NCBI RefSeq assembly: GCF_039654945.1
Contig: NW_027361780.1
Span: 682,001 to 746,000, forward strand
DNA from: Dendrobates tinctorius
Lineage: Eukaryota
Reading direction: 5' to 3'
Length of the DNA: 64,000 nt
Positions within the stretch are counted from its first letter, which is position 1. Each line of letters begins with the position of its first letter. A model generated the notes under the pieces. It ran no database searches. It worked only from the letters and a program-made list of their open reading frames with translations, and was not told the DNA's origin. Of this stretch, positions 13,556-25,512 are shown one piece after another. The translations under genes were made by a program, and so were the position numbers.

Positions 13556-13904
13556 GACTGCCACCTGTTGTTGAGGCAATAAATAGGGTTGTTGATTATG
13601 ATTTTAATTCATTTCAGGCCTAGAAACCGTTATATGTCCATTTTGCAAAGCTGCAACAAAATCTCTCCATACGGATGCCATACGGATGTCACACAGATAT
13701 TTTGATGTGAGGAAATCGCATCCTCACATTGCACACGGATGATATATGAATCACTGTTCAGGGAACATTTGTGTGATTCCCGGCCATCAAAATCGGACTG
13801 ATTTTTGATACGTTAAGTGTGACTCCAGCCTCAAATGCCCACTTAACATCTACTAATGTCCCATGAGTCCCCCAAATACAGTTTCTCTATAGGCATTATA
13901 ATGG

Positions 13905-15147
13905 GCAAACAGCTCCCCTATACACAGTATAATGCACCCACAGCTCCTCTATACATAATATGATGTTTCTACAACTGCCCTCTACACAGTATAATGGGCC
14001 CACAGCTCCCCTATACACAGTATGGTGGTCCTACAGCTCCGATATACACAGTATGATGGTTTCTCAGCTCCGATATACACAGTATGATTGGCCTGCAGCT
14101 CCCCCACACATTGTATGATGTCCTCATTGCTCCCCCAAAACACAGTCTAATGAATTTCACAGTAGCTCTAAGACTGTTTAATGGCCACCACACTAGCTCC
14201 CACACTGTATAATGGCCCCTGCATTAGTCCCCAAGCTATATAGTGGCTCCCGCATTACATCTCACGCTGTATAATGGCCCCTGCATTAGTCCCTAAGCTA
14301 AATAATGGATCTCGCTTTAGGTCTCACACTGTATAATGGACCCTGCATTAGTTCCTAAGCTGTATAATGGCCCCCACCTTAGCTACCACACTATATAATG
14401 GTCCCCACATATGTCCCCAAGCTATATAATGGCCCCCGCATTAGTCCCCAAACTGTATAATGGCTCCCACATTAGTCCACAAGTTGTATAACAGCCCCCA
14501 CATTGCTCTCCAAACTGTATAATGACCACCTCATAAGTCCTGAAGCTGTACAATGGCCCACACATTAGTCCTCAAGCTGTATACTGGACCCCACATTAAT
14601 CCCCAAGCTGTATAATGGACCCTGCATTAGTGCACAAGCTGTAAAATGGCCCCCACATTAGTCTCAAAGCTGTATAATAGCTCCCACATTAGTCCCCAGC
14701 CTGTATAATGGTCCTCACATTAGTCTCCAGGCTGTATAATCGCTCCCACATTAGTCACCAGGCTGTATAATGGTCACTGCATGAGTCCCCAAGCTGTATA
14801 ATGGCCCCTGCATTAGTTCACAAGCTGTACAATTACTCCTGCATTAATCCACAAGCTGTATAATCCCCTCCACATTAGTCCCCAAGCTGTATAAAGGCCC
14901 CTACATTAGTCCCTAAGCTGTATAATGGACTGCATAAGCTCACAAGCTGTATAATGGCCGATACATATGTCCCCAAGTTGCATAATGGCTCCTGAATTAG
15001 TCCACAAGCTGTATAATGGCCCCTGCATTAGTGCAAAAGCTGTAAAATGACCCCCACATTAGTCCCAAAGCTGTATAATGGCCCGTACATTAGTCCCAAA
15101 GCTGCATAATGGCTCCCACATTAGTCCACAAGCTGTACAATGGTCCC
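13905..15147 (+). repeat. Minisatellite, 30-31 bp units
   Basis: TATACACAGTATGATGG..CAGCTCC units grading into AAGCTGTATAATGGCCCCCACATTAGTCCCC units. Confidence 0.9.
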
Positions 15148-16822
15148 AGTTTTTCTGTTTTATTTCTTCAGTATTTTTGTATTCAGTACAAATAGGGTGT
15201 GGCCCCCTTTTCATTGAGTTGGGCAGTTCATATATAGTCCTTCCAAAGTTGGGTGTCCAGTTGGGATCTGGTGACAATCTGCGAGTGCTGTGCGATTTTT
15301 ACGCACCGGTGTCCTATGAAAAGCCATCAATTCATATGCGGCTATACAGTACAATCACACTGACAGGTTACAAAAGGATAGAATACATATACAGTGCCTT
15401 GCAAAAGTATTCGGCTCCCTGGAACTTTTCAACCTTTTCCCACATATCATGCTTCAAACATAAAGATACCAAATGTAAATTTTTGGTGAAGAATCAACAA
15501 CAAGTGGAACACAATTGTGAAGTTGAACGCTATATAGTGGCTCCCGCATTACATCTCACGCTGTATAATGGCCCCTGCATTAGTCCCTAAGCTAAATAAT
15601 GGATCTCGCTTTAGGTCTCACACTGTATAATGGACCCTGCATTAGTTCCTAAGCTGTATAATGGCCCCCACCTTAGCTACCACACTATATAATGGTCCCC
15701 ACATATGTCCCCAAGCTATATAATGGCCCCCGCATTAGTCCCCAAACTGTATAATGGCTCCCACATTAGTCCACAAGTTGTATAACAGCCCCCACATTGC
15801 TCTCCAAACTGTATAATGACCACCTCATAAGTCCTGAAGCTGTACAATGGCCCACACATTAGTCCTCAAGCTGTATACTGGACCCCACATTAATCCCCAA
15901 GCTGTATAATGGACCCTGCATTAGTGCACAAGCTGTAAAATGGCCCCCACATTAGTCTCAAAGCTGTATAATAGCTCCCACATTAGTCCCCAGCCTGTAT
16001 AATGGTCCTCACATTAGTCTCCAGGCTGTATAATCGCTCCCACATTAGTCACCAGGCTGTATAATGGTCACTGCATGAGTCCCCAAGCTGTATAATGGCC
16101 CCTGCATTAGTTCACAAGCTGTACAATTACTCCTGCATTAATCCACAAGCTGTATAATCCCCTCCACATTAGTCCCCAAGCTGTATAAAGGCCCCTACAT
16201 TAGTCCCTAAGCTGTATAATGGACTGCATAAGCTCACAAGCTGTATAATGGCCGATACATATGTCCCCAAGTTGCATAATGGCTCCTGAATTAGTCCACA
16301 AGCTGTATAATGGCCCCTGCATTAGTGCAAAAGCTGTAAAATGACCCCCACATTAGTCCCAAAGCTGTATAATGGCCCGTACATTAGTCCCAAAGCTGCA
16401 TAATGGCTCCCACATTAGTCCACAAGCTGTACAATGGTCCCAGTTTTTCTGTTTTATTTCTTCAGTATTTTTGTATTCAGTACAAATAGGGTGTGGCCCC
16501 CTTTTCATTGAGTTGGGCAGTTCATATATAGTCCTTCCAAAGTTGGGTGTCCAGTTGGGATCTGGTGACAATCTGCGAGTGCTGTGCGATTTTTACGCAC
16601 CGGTGTCCTATGAAAAGCCATCAATTCATATGCGGCTATACAGTACAATCACACTGACAGGTTACAAAAGGATAGAATACATATACAGTGCCTTGCAAAA
16701 GTATTCGGCTCCCTGGAACTTTTCAACCTTTTCCCACATATCATGCTTCAAACATAAAGATACCAAATGTAAATTTTTGGTGAAGAATCAACAACAAGTG
16801 GAACACAATTGTGAAGTTGAAC
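14235..16822 (+). repeat. 1294-bp tandem duplication (14235-15528 and 15529-16822)
   Basis: Matching ORFs offset by 1294 (15059/16353 identical; 15078/16372 identical up to the junction). Junction GAAGTTGAAC|GCTATATAGTGG. Confidence 0.92.
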
Positions 16823-18138
16823 GAAATTTATTGGTTATTTTAAATTTTTGTGGAAATTCAAAAACTGAAAAGTGGGGCGTGAAATATTATTTGGCCTCTT
16901 TAACCTAATACTTTGTTGCACCACCTTTTGCTGCGATTACAGCTGCAAGTCACTTGGGGTATGTCTCTATCAGTTTTGTACATTGAGAGACAGAAATTCT
17001 TGCCCATTCTTCCTTGGCAAACAGCTCGAGCTCAGTGAGGTTTGATGGAGATCGTTTGTGAACAGCAGTTTTCATCCCTTTCCACAGATTCTTGATTGTA
17101 TTCAGGTCTGTACTTTGACTTGGCCATTCTAACACCTTGATATGTTTATTTGTGAACCATTCCATTGCAGATTTTGCTTTATGTTTGGGATCATTGTCTT
17201 GTTAGAAGACAAATCTCCGTCCCAGTCTCAGGTCTTTTGCAGACTCCAACAGGTTTTCTTCAAGAATGGTCCTGCATTTGGTTTCATCCATCTTCCCATC
17301 AATTTTAACCATCCTCCCTGTCCCTGTTGAAGAAAAGCAGCCCCAAACTATGATGCTGCCACCACCATGTTTGACAGTGGGGATGGTGTGTTCAGGGTGA
17401 AGAGCTGTGTTGCCTTTACGCCAAACATATCGTTTGGCATTGTTGCCAAAAAGTTTGATTTTGGTTTCATCTGACCAGAGTACCTTCTTCCACATGTTTG
17501 GTGTGTCTTCCAGGTGGCTTGTTGCAAACTTTAAACGACACGTTTTATGGATATCTTTGAGAAATGGCTTTCTTCTTGCAACTCTTCCATAAAGGCTAGA
17601 TTTGTGCAGTGTACTACTGATTGTTGTCCTATGGGCAGACTGTCCCACTTCAGCTGTAGATCTCTGCAGTTCATCCAGAGTGATCATGGGCTTCTTGACT
17701 GCATCTCTGATAAGTCTTCTCCTTGTTTGAGATGAAAGTTTAGAGGGTCGGCCGGGTCTTGGTAGATTTGCAGTGGTATGATACTCCTTCCATTTCAATA
17801 TGATCGCTTGCACAGTGCTCCTTGGGATGTTTAGGCTATGTGCCCACGTAGTTTTTTTAGGTGCTGCGGATTTCTCCCTGCGGATTTTGTACAATCCGCA
17901 GGTAAATCCGCACAAAGAATTGACATGCTGCGGATTGTAACCCGCAGCAAATCCACGCAGAAAAATCCGCAGCATGTGCACTGCGTTTTTGTATTTCCAT
18001 TGGAAATAAAGGTACTGTACAAACGCAGCAGAATCTGCTGCGGACCCGCAGGGCCAAATCCGCTGCGGATCCGCAGCAGAATCTGCAGCGTGTGCACATA
18101 CCCTCAAAGTTTTGGAAATCATTTTGTATCCAAATCTG
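16686..18138 (-). mobile_element. Decayed Tc1 (DD34E-type) element #2, one end lost
   Basis: TA-CAGTGCCTTGCAAAAGTATTC TIR. Minus-strand transposase GRPSKLS, VLWSDETK, TVKHGGGSI, WPSQSTDLN with stops. Ends in (TA)n. Confidence 0.85.
17834..18103. mobile_element. Harbinger-type MITE inside Tc1 #2
   Basis: GGCTATGTGCCCACG...CGTGTGCACATACCC, flanks TTA/TCA, CCGCA/TGCGG-rich interior. Confidence 0.8.
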
Positions 18139-18209
18139 TATATATATATATATATATATGTTTTGAAGAATATTTTGTTTTAAAACAATGTGTAAATGAC
18201 TTAGAACAT

Positions 18210-18920
18210 TTCTCTATGTAAAAAGCTCATGTTAAAATCGCATTGCAGTCTGATAGCAGTCGCACTGCATTCAAATATATATCAGATGCTAGGTGTGAAA
18301 AATTGGATTGTACTTGCATAAAAAACGCATGACTCTTGCATGACAATTGCATTACACTTTTCAGACTTTCCTGCATCAAAATCGGACTGATTTTTTAATC
18401 GCTAGTGTGTCTCTGCCCTAAGGGTATGTGCACACAAAGTCTTTTTCAGGTGGATTCCTCCTGGAATCTGCCTAAAAAGCATCTCAAATCTGCTGCAAAA
18501 AATGAATATAATGCACAGAAATGTTAAAAAAAATGTCATTACTGTGCACATGTTCTGTCTTTTCATATTTCTTTTAACTGCATTTTCCTAAAGCAGCTTC
18601 ACCTAGAAAACAATGTGTGAATATACCCTAAGGGTGTGTTCAGATTTTTTTGCCCTTACATTTCTTTTTTTTACACTCAAAAAGATATACAGACTTTTTC
18701 TAAGCATCCTTTGAGACTTCTCATTTTCTTGTATTGCACAGTTAGAGCATCTTCCAAGTCTGAAGACGACTGAAGAACGGTGAAGACACTTCTTTTAGTC
18801 ATTTGGCATCTTTTGAAGACTGATGTAGTTAAAAGGCCCTCAAAAGAAATGCATTTGTTCCTTCTTTTGAGCATTTTCTAAGTAAAATTCACCTGAAAAA
18901 GACGGAATGTACACTTACTC
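18210..18920. mobile_element. Stack of head-to-tail Harbinger-type MITEs
   Basis: ...TCTCTGCCC(18418)-TAA-GGGTATGTGCACAC...GTGAATATACCC(18628)-TAA-GGGTGTGTTCAGA... Confidence 0.6.
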
Positions 18921-19824
18921 ACACTTTGGGCCTGACTCATCATTCCATGTCTGCTTGTTGTTTTTTTAGACATACTTCTCAGTTAGTGACTTTTTGATTT
19001 GTAACAAATTCATCAAATCATTGTCTTTTGTGACTTAGAATCCTGATTTTTACATCAGCGTGGCTTTTTCAGATGTTTTACACAGATTCATTGAATTTGA
19101 CTTTTTTTTTTTTAAAAAGTTGCAAAATTTGTACTACTCTAATCCAGTACCCACTTGGAGTGATTTTATGTACACTAGATATTTTATCACATTTTTTGAG
19201 ACTTTTTTGGAAGACGTCTGACTTTTTTCCTCTAAAAAACATATGACCAGTTAAAAACAGGAAAAAAGCCAATTTTGGACTTTGTGCAAAATTCATGAAT
19301 GTTGTGTGCCATTTTGATGAATTTGATGCAAAAACATCAACTGAAATCACACGTCAAAACAGAAAAGTCACTTGAAAAAAACACAAACGATACATCGAGC
19401 CCTGAATCTTTTGCTGAGTTTTTAGAATAGAAACTCGCAAAATCCTCCTCAAAAATGTGAAGATTTCATTCAATTTCTGCTCAGAAACACAGCAAAATGA
19501 CCCAGGCTCTGAGGTCAATGGAGTGAGATGCACCTAGTACATTAGGACACTCATGCAACTTACTGAATTTGGTGCATCTTACAAGTGCCCTGTCCCACCC
19601 ATGCTTCGCCCATCTTGGCAGAACTGGCCAACACATGTATGAAAATGGCAAACATTGATAAAATTTGTGACATTTGAATGTGTTTTGTGCTGAAAAACTG
19701 GAGTAAATACATTCATGATTTGGGGCTTCACTGTGTACCCTTAGACTGAATTCATATTTCTGTAAAACGGACCGTAGTTAGATCTCAATGCATTGTGATC
19801 TCGTGACCTGAGCTCACTGCCTTA

Positions 19825-21624
19825 GGGCTCTTTCACACGTCCATGTCTCCAGTACATTTGGTGACAGTTTTCACACATACCGGAGACACAGACACACATA
19901 AACACATTGAAAACTATGTTGTGCGCACATGCCCGTGTGTCTCCATGGACCATGTGTCCATGTGACCCACACGTAGACATGTCCGTTTTTTACCGGCAGC
20001 CCGGGCTGCAAAATGTTCTGCACACGAGCACATGGATGACACACTGGGATGTCATCTGTGTGACACATCCTGGCACCTGAGAAGCAGCGCTACAGTAAGC
20101 ACTGTTCCCCGGTGCTGGGTGCTGAAGGCAGCATTTTTGACAACCAGCCTTGCTAAAGCTGACAGCTGGGGTCAGGTATTCTCAGGCTCGTAAGGGGCTA
20201 TTAAGTTAGGCCCCCCAGCCTAAAAATAGCATCATGCAGCTGCCCAGAAAAGGCGCATCTATTAGATGCAGTAATTCTGGCACTTTGCCAGGCTCTTCCC
20301 ACTTACCCTGCAGTGACAAGTGGGGTTCATATTTGTGGGGTTGATGTCACCTTTGTATTGTTAGGTGACATCAAGCCAACAGCTTAGTAATGGAGAGGTG
20401 TATATAAGACACCTTTCCATACTAATCCCATAGAAATTCTCATTGTGATCTGCGGTGAAGTCACTGAGCTTGAACTGCGGTGACCTCATCACTGACTTTT
20501 TCCCATGGTGCTGATGTCACCACAGTTCAGCCCAGCTGGGAATGCAGCCTCACTGACCAGCGGTAACTATGATGATGTCACCACTGGTCAGTGATTCTGT
20601 GCTCGCAGCAGCTCATTCACCAGTGGTTCACAGCCTGGACGGTAACATCTTGGCACTGTCCAGGTTGAAAACTATTTATCCCTCAGACATGGAATACCAT
20701 GTGGGACAGAACAAAGGAGAGGTGAGGGATATTGTTTTTTTTATTTTTGATCTATTACAGGAGATGAGAGATTCAATGGAATGTGAAAAAGGGGTGAAAA
20801 GTAGTCAGCTCACCTGGTAAGCAGACTTCCCAATGTCCAGAACTCGCACGGATGAAGGCTGAGAATTGTGTGTATGATGCTGTTATGTGCTATGTCATTT
20901 TTGGTGGAGCACCATTGGTGATGTTACCCCTTTTTTTAAATGGCTCATTAAAAGCTATTTTATCACTAAAACGCAGTTTCTCGCTGGATCTCACCTGTTC
21001 TTCATTATTCAATGGAATGGGCGTTAGGTGAGTATAACTGTGTTTGTTATTTTTAAATAAAAATGGAAAACTGTGCTTTGTTTTATTTCTAATAAAAGAC
21101 TTCAGTCTTGCTGACTTATAGACACCTCTCCATTACTAAGCCTTGGGCTTGATGTCACATGAGAATACAAAGGTGACTTGAACCCCACAAATATGAATCC
21201 CACTTGCCACCCCTACAGGGCAAGTGGGAAGAGAAGGGCAAAGCGCTAGATGCACCTTTTCTGGGCAGCTGTCACTGTTATTAGCAGCAGCAGGTGTAGG
21301 TTGATGGGAGTAATAGTCCAATCAGTCGCCACCTGCTGTCATTGTTATCTCTTGAATATAACTCTCATCATTTTCCCCTGCTCGTACTGATCGCTGTCAG
21401 AAAGGGGAGCATGATGAGAGCATCTTCAGCACCTGGCACCAGGGAACAGAGCTTACTGTAGCGCTTCTTCCCTGGCGCCCATCCGTACGAACCTGATGCG
21501 GCTCACGGGCGGCACACGGTTGCCACCCAAGTGCCACAAATATTACACGCACAGACACACGGACACCATCATATCCAGTACCTTTTTTATGGTACCGGAA
21601 AAATCAGGACATGTGAAAACGGCC
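19825..21624. mobile_element. Non-autonomous Harbinger-type element, 1.8 kb
   Basis: GGGCTCTTTCACAC...ATGTGAAAACGGCC, TSD TTA/TTA. Internal inverted repeats about 20230-20430 versus 21110-21270. Confidence 0.75.
20784..21006. mobile_element. Short retroposed insert, probably a Penelope-type 3' end
   Basis: 13-bp flanking direct repeat ATTCAATGGAATG (20771-20783, 21007-21019). ATTAAA..GCTGGATC 3' motif resembles the other PLE ends in the window. Confidence 0.5.
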
Positions 21625-23097
21625 TTACAAACATATGATGACGTTAGCTCAGGTCAGGAGGCACCACAGTTGGGCTGGTTATTGTGATCCAAGAATGGTC
21701 CATGTTTTGCACATATGTGTATTTGGCCTATTGGTGCATTGACTCATCTGTCCAATTTTTAATCAGACAACACTCATTGATCCATTTGCACGTCCTTGAA
21801 AATGATGTGACCGAAAATGAGATCTGTGAAACTGAGCACTTGCTCTATTCTGAGCCAATGTTGATGGCCAGAAAAAGACCTACCCAGTGGGTCTGCGTGC
21901 TGTGCAAAAAAAAATAAAAATTGGACAGCACACCAATATTCACATGAATGTGTGAATGCACCCTTAGGATACATTTAGGAAATGAACTGCAGTTTTTAAG
22001 CAGCTTAATGAGCCAAAGCTAGACGTGGATTTAGCGATAAAGTGAAGCATGACTTCCTTTGGAATTCATTTCTGGTTTTGGCAAAGAAAAAGAAAAACTG
22101 TATCACAAACTACAACAACTACAATAATGAGCTGCCCCATAATAATGCAAGCATCAGCTACTTTTTAGTAAAATGCTTTATATATTGTATTTCACAAAAT
22201 GCTTCTATGTATCTTGTTTTTGCTTCAAACTGTTCTCCCGCTAAAGGCAAACTACCTCTGACTATCTGATCCCCATCTTCCCAGTTTGCAAGTGTGCAAA
22301 TCATAGCCTGGGAAGTGGACTGGTGCTTTTTAGTTTCTAGTGATATTCTAACCTCTTAAGGAAAATGTAACAAGATTTTTTCATTTTCTGCACTCTCTGT
22401 AATGCCTTCATTTAGAAGACCTTAAGAGTAAGGGAAACTTTTACATTTTACAGGATCTTGGCTATTTTGATCTCTTTAGGCCAAATTCACACTGTCTTTC
22501 ATTGGTCAGTATATCATATCGGTATTTATAAGCAAAAAACAGAAGTCATACAAAAAAAGTAGTAGTACAAATATACATATACTTTACTTATACTGATCAT
22601 AACACTGGCGTGTGAACATGTCCTTGAGATAAAAAAAAAAATGCAACATTTTACTGTCCCAGCAAAGTGAATGAGAGTTTCGATTTCACTTTATTATCTA
22701 TAGCATTTCAATTCTTTCAGCATTACATATCCAATGTAAAGACTGGGGAAAGAAATCATTAAAATCATTTCCTGCCAAGAGGCACATTTTTTGATGCAAA
22801 AATATCTGCACCAAATACTTAACGTGAGCACAAACCCCATACGGTAAAACGTTATTTCTGTATACAGAGATCCGACTTGTATTTTCTGGGCAACGTTGCA
22901 TAATCCATGCCATGACATCCAGCCATCATGCACCATTTATATTACTGCAGTCCTCCTTTGAGGGAGAAGAATTAATGGTTCCTTCCGAAATTAGAACACA
23001 GGGGGAGCTGCAACCTTGTAGCCCCAATTGTTACCTCCTGTACCTATGAAAACATTTTGATGTCATTAAAAGCAGCACGATATTTTGTCAACCGTAG

Positions 23098-23975
23098 GGC
23101 TATGTGCACACGTTACGGAATTCCCATCTTAAATTCCCGCGATTTTCCTGAGGAAAAACTAACGATTTGCAAGCGTAATTAGCTTGCAGAATGCTAGTGT
23201 TTTCCAAGCGATCTGGAGCATCGCTTGGAGAACTGATTGACAGGTTGGTCACACTCGTCAAACATAGTGTTTGACGAGTGTGACCAACTTTTTACTATTG
23301 AGGCTGCCTATGCAGCATCAGTAGTAAAAAGATCTAATGTTAAAATTAATAAAAAAAATAAAAAATCGGGTTATATTCACCTTCCGGCGTCCCGCGCAGC
23401 CTTCCCGGGCCTCAGCGATGCTCCCGTTCCCAGTAATGCCTTGTGAGACCTTTGATGACGTCGCAGTCTCGCGATACTGTAGCGATCTCACGAGGAATAG
23501 GGACCGCTACAGTATAGCGAGACCGCAATGTCATCAAAGGTCTCGCAAGGAATTACTGGGAAACGGGAGCATCGCTGAGGCCCGGGAAGGCTGCACGGGA
23601 TGCCAGAAGGTGAATATAACCCGATTTTTTATTTTTTATTCTCTTTTTTACAGGGATATGGTACCGACAGCCTGGAGGAGAGTCTCATCTCCTCCACCCC
23701 CTGGGTACCATCCGCAAATGTTCTGCTTACTTTTCGCATGGTGGGCACAGCCACATGCGGAAAGTAAGCAGAACAATGCATTCCTATGTGGGCGGAATCA
23801 CCGCGATTCTGCAAAATTAATGAGCATGCTGCATATTTTTCCGCGATGCGATTCCGCCGCGGGAAAATCCGTAGCATTAGCACAGTATTGCGGAATCCCA
23901 TTGGAATGCATGGGATGCTCTTTTTTATCGCGCGTTAAAAACTGCCGCGAAAAAAAGCGACATGTGAACGCAGCC
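23098..23975. mobile_element. Harbinger-type MITE with an internal palindrome of about 270 bp
   Basis: GGCTATGTGCACAC...GTGAACGCAGCC, flanks TAG/TAA. Fold-back 23358-23632. Confidence 0.75.
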
Positions 23976-24742
23976 TAAATCTTTCTAAAAAAGTGAGTTG
24001 TGTGATATACTGATTCCTCTGTTATGTGAGGTGTAGGAATAATTACTATTGTTAAAAGAATATTGAATAACTCCAGCCGACATTAAACCCATGCATCTCC
24101 ATCTATTTGCTTATTAGATTCTGTGTTTTTTAGGAAGCGCCTGTATTTTCTGTTCTTCCAGTAAAAAAAATAAATCCCTGTTTAATATGCAGAGCAATCT
24201 CTTGCCCCTTGCTCCAAAACATCTCATTGAAAAGAATGGAATATGTGAAAGACTGCTTTCCAGTGTACTCAAAAAGGAGACAGCCCCAGATCATTAAGCA
24301 AAATAATTATGCAAAGCATAGGACCTGTCTCTTGCAGTTTTGCACGGATGTGTTTTATTTTATGTAAAATAAGCAAATAAAAAGCCATTTAAAAAAAAAT
24401 CTACGTTTTGGAAATATAATGCCATGCAGCAATTAATAAAATGTTTTTATGTTATGTACAATACAAACAGTTCCCTTTGGTTAAAAGTAAGAATATGTTA
24501 GATAAAGAAAGTAGATGAAATACTTTAAAATTCATGCTTAAGTTTTATGAAGAATGACTGACCTAACATGACCACTCTGTATGATACATCTCTAGAAAAG
24601 CCCAATGTATCCCTATAATGTTACCATGTTAAAATACACTGTGCCATATTTATTCCAAGAAACACTGTTGAAATGGGCTTGGGACTCCAATGTAGGAAGG
24701 ACTAGAAGGATAACTCCATGACTATAGTAAGTCATGCTATTC

Positions 24743-25512
24743 TACGCTGTGTGCAGAATTCTTTGGCAATTTATATTTTTGATAAAAAATTTTATTTTGA
24801 ACAACTACACTGCTGTCATTCAATCCAAATGGTTAATAAACCTGAATATTTAGGAACGTAACAGTGAGGGTTTATCTTAGGGGAACATCTACTGTATGTG
24901 TGCAGAATTATTGGGCAACTATTAGTGTTCAGAATTATTATTCAACTAAATGAAAAACTAAATTTTCCCTTCTCAATTGTTTATTTTCATCTGTTACGAT
25001 GTGCAATAAAATATTATATTATTGTACTGTGTTAACCAAAAAAATCTATGTAAATACTTTTATGCCCAAAAATAATAAAAGTATTCTATTAGTGGCACCT
25101 GTATTGGCTAACCAGAAAAATTATATTTGCAAGCGTTCAGAGCACAGAGCTCCATCTTCAGGCAGGTTTATGAATGAATGACTGAGACAAAAGCACAACC
25201 AAGTCTCAGTAATTCATTTGTAAACCTGTCTGAAGAAGTAGCTCTGTGCCCTGAATGCTTGCAAATCATTTTTCTGGTTAGCCAATAAAGGTATCACTCC
25301 AAGAATACCATGGTCACTTTTGGGCAAAAAGTATTTACATCAATGTTTCATCTGTTAAAGTGAGAATAATAACCAAACAGCTCAAACTGTACAAAAATCA
25401 ATTTCTGACGTTTATAAAAACAATCTAAATGACCAATATAGCAGCTCTTCTTTTCAATAATAGTCATAAGCTTTCCATCCGTGAAGTCTGTCAGTTTCTT
25501 AATCTGTTGACA
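24743..25512. mobile_element. Tc1-like terminal remnant
   Basis: Repeated TGTGTGCAGAATTATT.GGCAA sub-terminal motif at about 24748 and 24897. Confidence 0.45.
24997..25345. mobile_element. Palindromic Penelope-type insert with degenerate hammerhead-like motifs
   Basis: 12-bp TSD TTTCATCTGTTA, fold-back 25048-25340, CTGAAGA-stem-GAA motif in both arms. Confidence 0.6.

Larger units (their letters stand above)
8875..13830. mobile_element. PIF/Harbinger DNA transposon #2, decayed
   Basis: Convergent MADF (+) and transposase (-) genes. Right TIR GTGTGACTCCAGCC at 13830. Left TIR not found, so the start is approximate. Confidence 0.8.

Noticed and set aside
13905-16440. CRISPR-like regular repeats (also 30555-30860, 39060-39265, 43138-43682)
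   Set aside because: Contiguous minisatellites with no unique spacers, in a eukaryotic context with no cas genes.
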